Assembly: GCA_040752415.1 (NCBI GenBank)
Contig: JBFMGU010000164.1
Span: forward strand, 1-24,377
DNA: 24,377 nt
DNA from: Myxococcota bacterium
GTDB lineage: Bacteria; Myxococcota; JACRCW01
Reading direction: 5' to 3'
The first letter of the stretch is position 1, and each line of letters begins with the position of its first letter. Made by a program: the position numbers and the translations under genes. The notes beneath the pieces are model-generated. The model was not told the origin of the DNA, did no database searches, and saw only the letters and a list, made by a program, of their open reading frames with translations. Shown piece by piece: positions 1-11,632 of the stretch.

Positions 1-2683
1 GCAGCCGCTCAGTGAGCACCTGGGGCGTGAACGGCTTGGCCAGGAAGGCCACCTCCGGGTCCAGCGCCTCCTCGGTATGACCGCTCATCACCAGCACCTT
101 GAGGCGCCCGTTGCGCTCCACCAGGCGACGCGCCAGCTCCACGCCGCCCATGCCCGGCATCACCGCGTCGGTGAGCAGCACGTGGAACTGGGACCGCTCG
201 GCAAGCTGCAGCGCCTCCTCGGGACGGGCCGCGGCGAGCACCCGGTAGCCGGCGCGCTCCAGGATGCGGTGGGTCAACGCCCGCACCTCCGGCTCATCCT
301 CGACGAGCAGCACGGTCTCCCCGCGCGCCCGGGTGGCGCCGGGGGTGCGCGCGTCGACGACCGGGGCGGCCTGGTCCGCCGCGAGCGGGAGGCGGATGCG
401 GAAGGTGGTGCCAGCCCCGGGCGCGCTCTGGGCGTCAATGAAGCCGCCGCACTGGTGGATGATGCCGTAGACGGTGGCCAGGCCCAGGCCGGTGCCCTTG
501 CCGCGCTCCTTGGTGGTGAAGAACGGCTCGAAGAGGTGGGCCATGGTCTCCGGGGTCATGCCCTCGCCGGTGTCGGTCACGGTGAGCTGGACGTAGGTGC
601 CGGGCGGGATGGTGAGCGACGCGCTGGGCGCCGGTCCGGTGTACCGCACGCGGGAGGTGCGCAGCGTGAGGGTGCCGCCGCGCGGCATGGCGTCGCGCGC
701 GTTCACCGCCAGGTTCATCAGCACCTGCTGCATCTGGCCCGCGTCGGCCATCACCGCGCCCAGCTCCGGGGCCAGCTCCGTCACCACCGCCACCTGGCTG
801 CCAATGAGCCGCTGCAGCATCTGCTGCATGTCCACCACCACGTCATTGAGCGAGAGCGGCCGCCGCTGCACCACCTGCCGACGGGAGAACGCGAGCAGCT
901 GCGCGGTGAGCGTGCTGGCGCGCGTGGCGGCCTCCCGGATGGCGCGCAGCTCCTCCACCGCGGTGGGCTCCAGCCCGGGACGCTCCAGGACGAGCTCACA
1001 GCCGCCCAGGATGGTGGTGAGCATGTTGTTGAAGTCATGGGCAATGCCGCCCGCCAGGCGTCCCACCGCCTCCATCTTCTGCGCCTGGCGCAGCTGCTCC
1101 TCGCTGCGGCGCAGCGCGTCCTCGGCGTCCTTGCGCTCGGTGATGTCGCGGCAGTTGACCACCACGGTGAGCTCACCGTCGTCGGGGACGCCCTTGCCCA
1201 CGCACTCCAGCCAGCGCCAGCTCCCATCCAGGTGGCGCAGGCGCATCACCGCCACGCGCCCCACCTCGTCGGGACGACACCAGGGAGCAAAGGCCTCCTC
1301 CGCGCCGGCCAGGTCGTCGGGATGCACGGCGTTGCGGACCTGGCAGCCCACCATGTCCTCCGGCGCGCGGCCCAGCACCCGCCGCACCGAGGGGCTGGCG
1401 TAGCGGAGCGTGCCGTCCAGGCCCAGGATGGCCATGATGTCGGTGGCGTTCTCGGTCAGGGAGCGGAAGTGCTCCTCGCTGCGACGCAGCGCCTGTTCCA
1501 TGCGCCGCTGCTCGGTGACGTCGCGCGCCACGCCGTAGAGCACCGGGTCATCCGGGGTGAGGCCGTGACAGCGCCAGGAGAGCCAGCGGTAGGAGCCGTC
1601 CTTGTGCCGGTAGCGGTTCTCGAAGGCCACCACGTCCTCCCCGGCCTGCAGCCGCTCCCCCGCGGCGAGCGTGGCGGGCAGATCCTCGGGGTGGACCAGG
1701 GAAAGGAACGGCACGGAGAGCAGCTCCTCCATGCTGCGGCCCAGCGTGGTGACCCAGGCGGGGCTGAGGCGCTTGAAGTGGCCGTCGCGACCGCAGATGG
1801 CGAGGAGGTCCAGCGAGAGATTGAAGAAGCGGTCGCGCTGCGCGTCGGCCCGCATGCGCGCGGTGAGCCGGGTCAGCTCCTCGGCCGAGACGCGCAGCTG
1901 GTCGACGAGCGCGGGGTCGGGCGTGGCGGGCTCGGCCTGCAGCAGCTCCAGCACGCACCCCAGCCGGCCGTCCAGCACCATGGGCACCGCCATCCAGCCG
2001 CGCAGCCCCGCGTCCGTGGCGATTTCCCGACGGGTGAAACGCGGCTCCCGTTGCACGTCCTCCACCCACGACGGCTCGCGCGTGCGCAGCGTCTGGCCCA
2101 GCAGCCCGTCGCCGGTGCCCAGCAGGAGCTCCTTGCTGGCGGTGAAGAAGCGCTCGTGCTCGGGGGCCGCGGTCCAGCGGTCGGCGGAGCGCAGCGTCTT
2201 TCCGTCGTCACTGACGTGCCAGCAGATGACCACCCGGTAGCCCAGCGTCCTGCCCAACGCCGCCAGGGCCCGGCCAGTGACCTCCTCCGGCGAGGACGAG
2301 TGCGCCACCGCCTCCATGATGCCGAGCTGGAGGCGCAGGATGCGGTATTCACCGAACTCCCGGGTGAAGTCCCGCCCCACCACGCGCACCCGCGCACCGT
2401 CCGGCTCGCCGTGCAGCGCCCACTGGATGTGACGGATTCTCCCGTTGTGGGTGATGGCGCGGAGGACGGCGCGACGTGGCTCCTGGCTGCGCGCGCCGGT
2501 GAGCGCCTGGTGCAGCGCGTCCCGGTCGAAGGGATGGATAAACTCGTGCAGCGCCTTCCCGCGGAGGCCCGCGCACGGGAACCCCAGGGAGTGCTCCCAT
2601 CCACCGTGTGCCTCGAGGAGAACGCCCTGAGCATCCAGCAGACCGAGAAGGTCCGGACACACCGCAAGAAGCTGTTGAGACAT
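1..2683 (-). CDS. Hybrid sensor histidine kinase/response regulator (PAS-GAF-PAS-PAS-HisKA-HATPase-REC, CckA-like); 3' end runs off the window
   Basis: Translated by hand from ATG 2683 ([14 protein letters not shown]...; in-frame GTG alternatives at 2692 and 2704). PAS/PAC motifs 'LVHPEDL...[17 protein letters not shown]...YGVARDVTE' and 'AVHPDDL...[11 protein letters not shown]...NCRDITERK'; GAF-like 'GDGLLGQ...[11 protein letters not shown]'; H-box '[21 protein letters not shown]'; '[19 protein letters not shown]'; receiver 'VLLVEDE...LLTDAVMP...FLAKPF'. It has no stop inside the window. The + ORF 77..2836 is its antisense shadow. Confidence 0.95.
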   Translation of the reverse strand, partial: MSQQLLAVCPDLLGLLDAQGVLLEAHGGWEHSLGFPCAGLRGKALHEFIHPFDRDALHQALTGARSQEPRRAVLRAITHNGRIRHIQWALHGEPDGARVRVVGRDFTREFGEYRILRLQLGIMEAVAHSSSPEEVTGRALAALGRTLGYRVVICWHVSDDGKTLRSADRWTAAPEHERFFTASKELLLGTGDGLLGQTLRTREPSWVEDVQREPRFTRREIATDAGLRGWMAVPMVLDGRLGCVLELLQAEPATPDPALVDQLRVSAEELTRLTARMRADAQRDRFFNLSLDLLAICGRDGHFKRLSPAWVTTLGRSMEELLSVPFLSLVHPEDLPATLAAGERLQAGEDVVAFENRYRHKDGSYRWLSWRCHGLTPDDPVLYGVARDVTEQRRMEQALRRSEEHFRSLTENATDIMAILGLDGTLRYASPSVRRVLGRAPEDMVGCQVRNAVHPDDLAGAEEAFAPWCRPDEVGRVAVMRLRHLDGSWRWLECVGKGVPDDGELTVVVNCRDITERKDAEDALRRSEEQLRQAQKMEAVGRLAGGIAHDFNNMLTTILGGCELVLERPGLEPTAVEELRAIREAATRASTLTAQLLAFSRRQVVQRRPLSLNDVVVDMQQMLQRLIGSQVAVVTELAPELGAVMADAGQMQQVLMNLAVNARDAMPRGGTLTLRTSRVRYTGPAPSASLTIPPGTYVQLTVTDTGEGMTPETMAHLFEPFFTTKERGKGTGLGLATVYGIIHQCGGFIDAQSAPGAGTTFRIRLPLAADQAAPVVDARTPGATRARGETVLLVEDEPEVRALTHRILERAGYRVLAAARPEEALQLAERSQFHVLLTDAVMPGMGGVELARRLVERNGRLKVLVMSGHTEEALDPEVAFLAKPFTPQVLTERL

Positions 2684-2832
2684 CGTCGCCACCCCGGCGC
2701 GCACCCTAGTCCAGTCCCGCCGGCAGTGTCCCGCGGTTTTGTCGGGTTGGCGCGGGCGGCGCGGGAGCGCAGCAAAAGGCCACACGCGCGGGTTAGGCTG
2801 GAGCGCACCGTCTCCCGCGGAAGGACCGTGTC

Positions 2833-5235
<2,403 letters not shown>

Positions 5236-5287
5236 CGGATGGAACCCGGGCCCGCGCCGTGCCACAACCCGTCGGCGAGGGCCTGCC

Positions 5288-7687
5288 ATGCCTGCTTTCC
5301 GTCGATCCCTTCACCCGGGCGCGCTGTCCGTGCTTCTGCTCGTGAGCGCGTGCGGGGAATCCTGCGTCTGGGTGCAGCCCGCGCCATGCTCCGGAAGCCG
5401 CACGCCGTGCCACACCGCCGCGGGAGACGTGTGCTGCGACGAGGGAACACGCTGCTGCGCCGCCGCGCAGTCCGGATTGGCCGCGGACCAGTGCGTTCCC
5501 GACGAGGACGCGTGCCCGGTGGCGTGCAGCGGAGCACAGGTGGGGTGCGGCGGGGAGCAGTTGTGCCTGCGCGGCGCGTCCGGTGAGCCCACGTGCACCA
5601 CGTCGTGTGAGGTGGCGCAGCGCTGTGGGGAACGGGACTGCTGCGCCGACGGGCTCTCCTGCCAGGACGGGGTGTGCCAGGCCGCGGACCTCGTCGTCGA
5701 CGCGGCGTCGTTGGCGGGGACCCTGCGCTTCCACGAGCGCCACTATCCGCCCGAGAGCTGCGAGGCGCAGGCGGGCTGCATGGGCACCGGCTGGCGCAAC
5801 ACGCTGCGCTTCATTGCCGGCGTGCGCAACGCGGGGCCCGGCCCGCTGCGTCTCCCGGAAGGCTCGCCGCTCCTCGACGACGGACGCTGTGGGGAAGGGC
5901 CGGTGCTCCGCGGCCTCCTGCGCTGGCGCGCGCTGGACACGCTGGGCACGGTGAAGGCGGAAGGCACCCTGGATGCGCACTGCTTCCAGCGCAGCACCGG
6001 CGACGGCGGCACGGTCTGTTCGCTGGTGGAGCTGGCCGCGGGGGCCACCACGTTCCAGCCCTCGTCGGAGACGTGCGGTTTCGCGGACATCACGGACCTC
6101 CCGCCGGGCGGCTATGAGCTGGAGCTGACCGTGGACCCCGAGGGGCGCATCCCGGAATCCGACGAGACCAACAACACCGTGCGCGTCCCGCTCGAGGTGC
6201 CGCGGTGCATGCCGCCCAACAGCAACTGCGGCGGCGGTTGCTGCCAGAGCGCGGACGCCTGCGTCGAGGGCGTCTGCTACCTGCCCGACCTCAGCGTCGA
6301 CCAGCACGCGTTGGAGGTGTCGGTGCAGACGCAGTACGCCAACTTCCCCGCGGATGACTGCGCCATCGCCGAGGAGTGCGTGCGCGGTCGTGGGGCACGT
6401 CGGCTCCTGCGGTTCAAGACCACCACGCCCAACCTGGGCAACGCGGACCTGGTGATGGGCGACCCGGAGGGAAACGCGCGCTTCGAGTACTCCAGTTGTC
6501 ATGAGCACTATCATTTCCGTGGCTACGCGAACTACCGGCTGCTCGACCTCGACGGGAACGACGTGGTGACGGGTCGCAAGCAGGCCTTCTGCCTGGAGGA
6601 CGTGGACCAGCTCTCTCCCGACGCGGGGCCCGCGCGCTTCACCTGCGACAACCAGGGCATCTCCGCGGGCTGGGCCGACACGTATCACCAGGCGCTGGAT
6701 TGCCAGTGGGTGGACATCACCGGCGTGCCCGGCGGGAACTACCAGCTGGAGGTGTCCGTCAATCCCGAGCGCATCATCCCGGAGCTGAGCCACGCCAACA
6801 ACGTCACCACCATTCCACTCACCATCTCCTCCGACCCGGCCAGCTGCGTGGTGCACGACGAGACCTGTGGCGACGGAGAGGACCAGGACTGCGACGGTCT
6901 CATCGACGAGGACTGCGCGCCCATCACCGGGAATGACACCTGCGCCAACGCGCATCCCGTGGCGGGCGGCGGCATCTTCACGGCGGAGCTGGGCGCGTCC
7001 ACCGCGCTGCGGCCTTCCTGTGGCGGCGAGGGACGTACCGCCGTGTTCTCCATGCAGCTGCTGCGCAGTGAGCTGGTGTACCTCTCGACGTACGGTTCCA
7101 CCGTCGACACCGTGCTCGCCGTCTACCGTGGTGATTGCGCCGGCACCGACGTGCAGTGCGCGGATGATGCCTGTGCTTCCGGGCAGGCCCACCTGGCGGC
7201 GGAGCTTGCGGCGGGGCAGTACTTCGTGGTGGTGAAGGCCAAGGACGCAATGGCGGCGGGGACGGTGCGACTCAAGGTGGTGCGCTCGGCGTGCAGTGGT
7301 GCGCTGCCCATCACGGGACCGGGCGAATACAGCGGCGACACCACGAACCTGCAGAACAACACACTCAACAGTTGTGGTGAGGGTCGTGGGCCGGACCAGC
7401 TCTGGTACATGACCACGTGCCCGGGCACCACCCACGTCGAGATGGACACCTGCGCGGCGGAGGGTTTTGACAGCGTGGTGGAGATCCGCGGGGAGAGCTG
7501 TCGCGGGGAGAGTGTCCCGGGCTCCTGCAACGACGACACACCCACGGAGTGCAGCCACCGACGCAACGCCAGCCTGGTGACCGCGGACCTGCACGGGCCC
7601 GGTGAGGGCGACGGATTGTGGTTCGTGGTTGTCGACGGATTCGCCGGCAACGCGCGCGGTCCCTACGTGCTGCGCGTCACGTACTGA
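5288..7687 (+). CDS. Lysyl oxidase family lipoprotein: Cys-rich N-terminus, degenerate LOX domain, intact LOX domain, MopE-like DxDCDG motif, two PPC-like domains
   Basis: ATG 5288 gives a clean lipoprotein signal (MPAFRRSLHPGALSVLLLVSA-C); the track start 5198 overlaps the previous gene. Domain 2 has LLRF.T...N.G..D, Cu motif SCHEHYH (HEHYH at 6500-6514), RKQAFCLED (LTQ Lys 6578), GISAGWADTY (LTQ Tyr 6683), DCQWVDITGVP.G.Y.L.V.VNP...I.E....NN. Then 'ETCGDGEDQDCDGLIDEDC' and the PPC-like 'STYGSTVDTVLAVY' and 'FDSVVEIR...WFVVVDGF...GPYVLRV'. Confidence 0.9.
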   Translation: MPAFRRSLHPGALSVLLLVSACGESCVWVQPAPCSGSRTPCHTAAGDVCCDEGTRCCAAAQSGLAADQCVPDEDACPVACSGAQVGCGGEQLCLRGASGEPTCTTSCEVAQRCGERDCCADGLSCQDGVCQAADLVVDAASLAGTLRFHERHYPPESCEAQAGCMGTGWRNTLRFIAGVRNAGPGPLRLPEGSPLLDDGRCGEGPVLRGLLRWRALDTLGTVKAEGTLDAHCFQRSTGDGGTVCSLVELAAGATTFQPSSETCGFADITDLPPGGYELELTVDPEGRIPESDETNNTVRVPLEVPRCMPPNSNCGGGCCQSADACVEGVCYLPDLSVDQHALEVSVQTQYANFPADDCAIAEECVRGRGARRLLRFKTTTPNLGNADLVMGDPEGNARFEYSSCHEHYHFRGYANYRLLDLDGNDVVTGRKQAFCLEDVDQLSPDAGPARFTCDNQGISAGWADTYHQALDCQWVDITGVPGGNYQLEVSVNPERIIPELSHANNVTTIPLTISSDPASCVVHDETCGDGEDQDCDGLIDEDCAPITGNDTCANAHPVAGGGIFTAELGASTALRPSCGGEGRTAVFSMQLLRSELVYLSTYGSTVDTVLAVYRGDCAGTDVQCADDACASGQAHLAAELAAGQYFVVVKAKDAMAAGTVRLKVVRSACSGALPITGPGEYSGDTTNLQNNTLNSCGEGRGPDQLWYMTTCPGTTHVEMDTCAAEGFDSVVEIRGESCRGESVPGSCNDDTPTECSHRRNASLVTADLHGPGEGDGLWFVVVDGFAGNARGPYVLRVTY

Positions 7688-7703
7688 AAGCGTGTCCCCA
7701 GAA

Positions 7704-7739
7704 CCCCTGCCCCTGCCCGTGCCTCTGCCCCTGCACTTG
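7704..7739. repeat. Degenerate hexamer tandem (consensus CCCCTG) x6 between convergent genes
   Basis: cccctg cccctg cccgtg cctctg cccctg cacttg read directly. Confidence 0.8.
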
Positions 7740-7752
7740 CTGAGCCGAGTGC

Positions 7753-10650
7753 TCACGGAGGGCACGGAGGCTCCACCACGCTCACCACGCTGCTGCCGTT
7801 GAAGAACATCTTCCCACCCACCGCCACGGCGGAGAGCGGCGGTTGCGCCAAGGGCACGTGCGCCAGCAGCGTGGGCGATTGTGCCGCTGCGTTCACCACC
7901 GCCACGCCGGTGCGCGTGCTGACAAACGCGGTCTGCCCGTCGAACGCGAGGACGCCGTGGGACTGCTCGGGCAGCACCAGGGGCCCATGCGCGACGAGGG
8001 AGCCTTCCGGGGAACCGTCGACGACGTCGAAGGCAAGCAACTCCTGCCCCGACCACGTGGCCACGCCCCACGGGTCGACCTGACCCACCACCGCCACCAC
8101 GCGACTTCCCGAGACCGCGAGCCCGGTGGTCTGTCCCGCCACGTCGCCTCGCGCGCGCACGCGGGGAATGAGCGGCGCGGTCACGTCGACGACGATAAGC
8201 CGGTAGGGAACGCCATTGCCCGCACCGCAGCCTTCGTCGATGAAGAGCGCGTTGATGGCGAGGTCGCGTCCGTCGTCGGAGAGCGCCAGGGTGGGGCGGT
8301 TGTTGGAGTTGCAGAGCGGAAGGGGGAAGGTGGCAACGGGAGGGGAGGGTTGGTCGAAGCCGGGCGCCAGCGTGGCCAGGTCGCGGACCTCCAGCGTGCC
8401 TTCACCCAGGCGGTAGAGCCAGCGCCCATCTCCGTCGACAACGCCGGGCACGGGGGAAAGCTGCACCGACGCATGGGGTTGCGGTTGCTGCGCCTGCGAA
8501 ACATCCATCACCAGCAGCGGACTGGACAGCGGCCCAAAACGCGCGCCGCGTTCAGTCAGTGAAAGGATGACGGGCGTCGTCGTCGTGGTACCCAGCTTGA
8601 ACAGGCCCGCCGCGCTGGGAAGCATGGCCCCCGCGAGCCACTGCGGCTCGTCGGGATTGCCCAGGTCCACCACGTGCACGCCGTGCGCATCCAGTGCCAC
8701 CACGCCGGTGGGCTGGAGCACCAACGTCTGCAACGCGCCATGCGCCGGCCCCGTCAGCGCGCGCAGCGGCGGGTCGCGGGTGGGTGTGAAGTCGTAGAAC
8801 CGCGCCGGGGAATCCCCCGTGCCGCCCACCGCCAGCGTGCTGCCGTTGACGTTGAGCAGGTCCCGCAGGTCTCCCACGTGATCCCGCGGAAGCGGCACGG
8901 TCTGACGGACGACGGGCGAGGTGGGGTCGCGCAGGTCGGTCACCCGCAGGACGCGCTGCGATCCCGCGACGCCAGACGTGTCTTCGATGTGGATGAGATG
9001 TCCCGCGAAGGCCGCGAAGCGCCCCATGTCCGGGCGCACGTTGAGGACGGCGCGGTTGCTGAAGTCGTCGGGATCCAGCACCGCGAGGAACTCGAAGGGA
9101 CAGCAATTGGAACGTGCGGCCACCAGGAGGTCCCCGTCGGCAAAGGCGCGGAAGCCCAGCGTGACTCCCGGCTGATCCACCAGCGGACCCGGCTCCAGCG
9201 GGTTGGTGATGTCCACGGTGGCCACGCCGTTGGCGTTGAAGATGAGGCGCGAGCGCTCCTCGTCGAGGGTCAGGCTGCTGACGGTGCTGATGCTGGTGAT
9301 GGGGGGCAGCTCCACGGGTGCGTCGGGGTTGCTCCAGTCCACCCTCCGCACGCCGTCGTTGCTGGTGGTGAAGAAGATGGGTGGCGCGGCGGCGCTGCTG
9401 CGGTCGAGGAACTCGTCCAGCGCGATGGTCCCGCGCCGGGTCAGCGTTCCGTCGGCGGCCCACTGCACATAGGTGAGCCCGAAGAAGGTCCACACCACGG
9501 CCGCGTCGGCGCTGAAGGGGTGCAGCGTGACGTCGTTCCCGTCCGGAAGTCGCAGGTGGCCCAGCGGCCGCAGCTCGCCGGCAATCCGCCCCACCAGCGT
9601 GAGGTCCGCGCTGCCCAACTCGGCAAAATGCACACTGGAGCTGCTGCTGGGGAACCCCGCCGGGTCCACCACGAGGATGCGGTCATCCGGCAGCACCAGC
9701 GCGCGTGACACCCGCGAGCCGAAACTCCGCAGCTCCGACACCACCGCCGGCTCCCGCTCCGTTCTCTCTCCGACGCACACGCCACCCACGCACTGGTCGT
9801 CCGCGGTGCACAGGTTCCCGTCGCTGCAGGGCGAACCGTCGGGCACGGGGAAGTCCGTGCACACGCCGTCCACGCACAGCGGGAAGCGCACGCATCCCTC
9901 CAACGTGCCGCACGGCGTCCCGTTCACCACCCAGTCATGGCTGCAGCCGCCAGTGGGGTCGCAGGCGTCGGCGGTGCAGGGGTTGTCGTCGTCACAGGCC
10001 AGCGGGTCGGTCACCGCGGTGCAGCCGGTGGCGGGGTTGCACAGGTCGCGCGTGCATGGGTCGCCGTCGTCGCAGGTGATGAAGCGGCCGTGGCACCCGC
10101 CTTCCACGCACGCATCGTCGACGGTGCACACGCTCCCGTCGTCGCAGGGATGCGTGTTGTGGTCATGCACGCATTGCTCGCGGGACAGGTTCCAGGAGTC
10201 GTCGGTGCAGGGGTTCCCGTCGTCACAGGGGGGAAGCGCGGTGCCGGTTCCGTCGAGGGCGACGCGGATGGATGACGCGTTGTCCGAGTTGTTCTCCACC
10301 ACCAGCGTGGCGGCCTCCGTGCTCTCGACGAGGGGCGCGAAGCGCAACGTCAGGGTCTCGGCCTCGCCGGCGGGAAGCTCACGTGCCTGCCCGGAGACCA
10401 CCGAGAACGCGGCGCTTCCCTCGAGGCGGATGACGCGGATGGTGACGGCGTCGGTGCCGGAGCTGCGCAGGGTGACCTGGCGTTCCCGCGTGCTGCCCGC
10501 GTAGGTGTCCCCGAACTCCACGCGTTCCTGGCTGGGCGTGAGCAGGCGCGTGGTGCGGGAGAGCGTGGGGTCCTCACAGCCGCACCCCGGCGCCAGCCAC
10601 GACGTCAACGCGGCCGCGACGAGCCAAGGGAACGTGGAAGGTGCGCGCAC
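7753..10650 (-). CDS. Large lipoprotein: ASH/choice-of-anchor-D Ig-like domain, CDDGNPCT.D.C Cys repeats, LVIVD-like beta-propeller
   Basis: GTG 10650 gives signal VRAPSTFPWLVAAALTSWLAPG-C-GC (alternative GTG 10698). 'VEFGDTYAGST...VTLRSSGT...LRFAP...LVVENN' is ASH-like. 5-6 Dictyostelium-type CTDC repeats at ~9770-10227. Repeated 'VDWSNPDAP / VDITNPLEP / TDLRDPTSP / VDLGNPDEP / VDVTAPLIP' blades. Confidence 0.82.
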   Translation of the reverse strand: MRAPSTFPWLVAAALTSWLAPGCGCEDPTLSRTTRLLTPSQERVEFGDTYAGSTRERQVTLRSSGTDAVTIRVIRLEGSAAFSVVSGQARELPAGEAETLTLRFAPLVESTEAATLVVENNSDNASSIRVALDGTGTALPPCDDGNPCTDDSWNLSREQCVHDHNTHPCDDGSVCTVDDACVEGGCHGRFITCDDGDPCTRDLCNPATGCTAVTDPLACDDDNPCTADACDPTGGCSHDWVVNGTPCGTLEGCVRFPLCVDGVCTDFPVPDGSPCSDGNLCTADDQCVGGVCVGERTEREPAVVSELRSFGSRVSRALVLPDDRILVVDPAGFPSSSSSVHFAELGSADLTLVGRIAGELRPLGHLRLPDGNDVTLHPFSADAAVVWTFFGLTYVQWAADGTLTRRGTIALDEFLDRSSAAAPPIFFTTSNDGVRRVDWSNPDAPVELPPITSISTVSSLTLDEERSRLIFNANGVATVDITNPLEPGPLVDQPGVTLGFRAFADGDLLVAARSNCCPFEFLAVLDPDDFSNRAVLNVRPDMGRFAAFAGHLIHIEDTSGVAGSQRVLRVTDLRDPTSPVVRQTVPLPRDHVGDLRDLLNVNGSTLAVGGTGDSPARFYDFTPTRDPPLRALTGPAHGALQTLVLQPTGVVALDAHGVHVVDLGNPDEPQWLAGAMLPSAAGLFKLGTTTTTPVILSLTERGARFGPLSSPLLVMDVSQAQQPQPHASVQLSPVPGVVDGDGRWLYRLGEGTLEVRDLATLAPGFDQPSPPVATFPLPLCNSNNRPTLALSDDGRDLAINALFIDEGCGAGNGVPYRLIVVDVTAPLIPRVRARGDVAGQTTGLAVSGSRVVAVVGQVDPWGVATWSGQELLAFDVVDGSPEGSLVAHGPLVLPEQSHGVLAFDGQTAFVSTRTGVAVVNAAAQSPTLLAHVPLAQPPLSAVAVGGKMFFNGSSVVSVVEPPCPP

Positions 10651-10743
10651 GCCGGGAATGGTGGCCGGCCACCAACCCGCGGGCAAGGTTTGCAGCACAC
10701 CCGTGACACGTTCTCCGGTTTGAGCGGTACCCGCGCGCCCGAT

Positions 10744-11055
10744 TCAGGGGTGGCCTCCAACGTCCGCCACGCGCACCAGGCGAACGCCGTCGGGTGTGCG
10801 CAGCAGGGTGTCGCACCAGGCGCGCGCGTCGTGTCGGTAGCGCACCTGCAGACCCACAACCTCGCCACGCTGGAACATTCCCTGGGCGCGCTCGAGCGTC
10901 ACCGGGTGGGTCAGGGCGTACTGCTGGGGGCCACCCTTGAGCACCACTTCGAGCACCTCCGTCAACGCCAGGAGGTCGACGAACAGCGCGGTGACCGCGT
11001 GGCCATCCAACAGCGCCATGTGCAGCGCGGGAAGGGGTTCACTGGGACTGGTCAC
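10744..11055 (-). CDS. Small hypothetical protein (~103 aa), last gene of the nap operon
   Basis: Protein-like 3' part of ORF 10744..11271 (TSPSEPLPALHMALLD...GLQVRYRHDARAWCDTLLRTPDGVRLVRV). GTG 11055 overlaps the upstream stop; alternative ATG 11019. GC3-rich codons. Confidence 0.7.
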   Translation of the reverse strand: MTSPSEPLPALHMALLDGHAVTALFVDLLALTEVLEVVLKGGPQQYALTHPVTLERAQGMFQRGEVVGLQVRYRHDARAWCDTLLRTPDGVRLVRVADVGGHP

Positions 11056-11632
11056 GGCCACCTCGCAACGAGCGATCAAGCGGGAGGATGAGGACGGCGT
11101 TGACGGGCGCGGGACAGGAAGCCTGACACTGCCCACACCCGGTGCAGAGCTCGTCGACCACCTGCGGCCGTTGCCCCGCGAGCGTGATGGCTCCCGGCAC
11201 CGGACAGCGCTCCCGGCACACCGAGCAGAACGAGTGCGCGGCCAGGCAATCCGACGCCTGGATGACCGCACGGCCCACCTTCATTCCCACGTCACGACGC
11301 AGCGCGCCCGTGGTGCAGGCAGTCACGCAGGGCGCATCCGGGCACATGCGACATCCGCTCTCGTGGAAGTCCAGCGTGGGAGTTCCCGCGGCCTGGCGCA
11401 GGCGCGCATCTGCCGGGACCACGCATCCCGTCGGGCACGCCGTGACGCACGCGTTGCACCGGTTGCAGCGCGAGAGGAATTCTGCCTCCGCCACGGCGCC
11501 GGGCGGCCGGAGGATCGGGAATGGGGGGGGACGCGCGGCCGGAGCGGGTGTGGCCGCGGGTTGCCAGTGCGCGAACAGCCGGCCGCGCAGCAGGTCCCGT
11601 CGGGACAGACGCGTCCCACCCGTCGTGGTCAT
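11039..11632 (-). CDS. NapF/NapG (MauM family) ferredoxin with four [4Fe-4S] motifs
   Basis: ATG 11632 in ATGA overlap with the upstream stop. SRRDLLRG; LRPPGA..E.EFLSRCNRCNACVTACP; CRMCPDAPCVTAC; C.....FCSVCRERCP; CTGCGQCQASCP. Confidence 0.88.
   Translation of the reverse strand: MTTTGGTRLSRRDLLRGRLFAHWQPAATPAPAARPPPFPILRPPGAVAEAEFLSRCNRCNACVTACPTGCVVPADARLRQAAGTPTLDFHESGCRMCPDAPCVTACTTGALRRDVGMKVGRAVIQASDCLAAHSFCSVCRERCPVPGAITLAGQRPQVVDELCTGCGQCQASCPAPVNAVLILPLDRSLRGGRDQSQ

Noticed and set aside
2747..2762. GG-N10-GC match upstream of the LTD gene
   Set aside because: Lacks TT before GC; expected by chance at this GC content.
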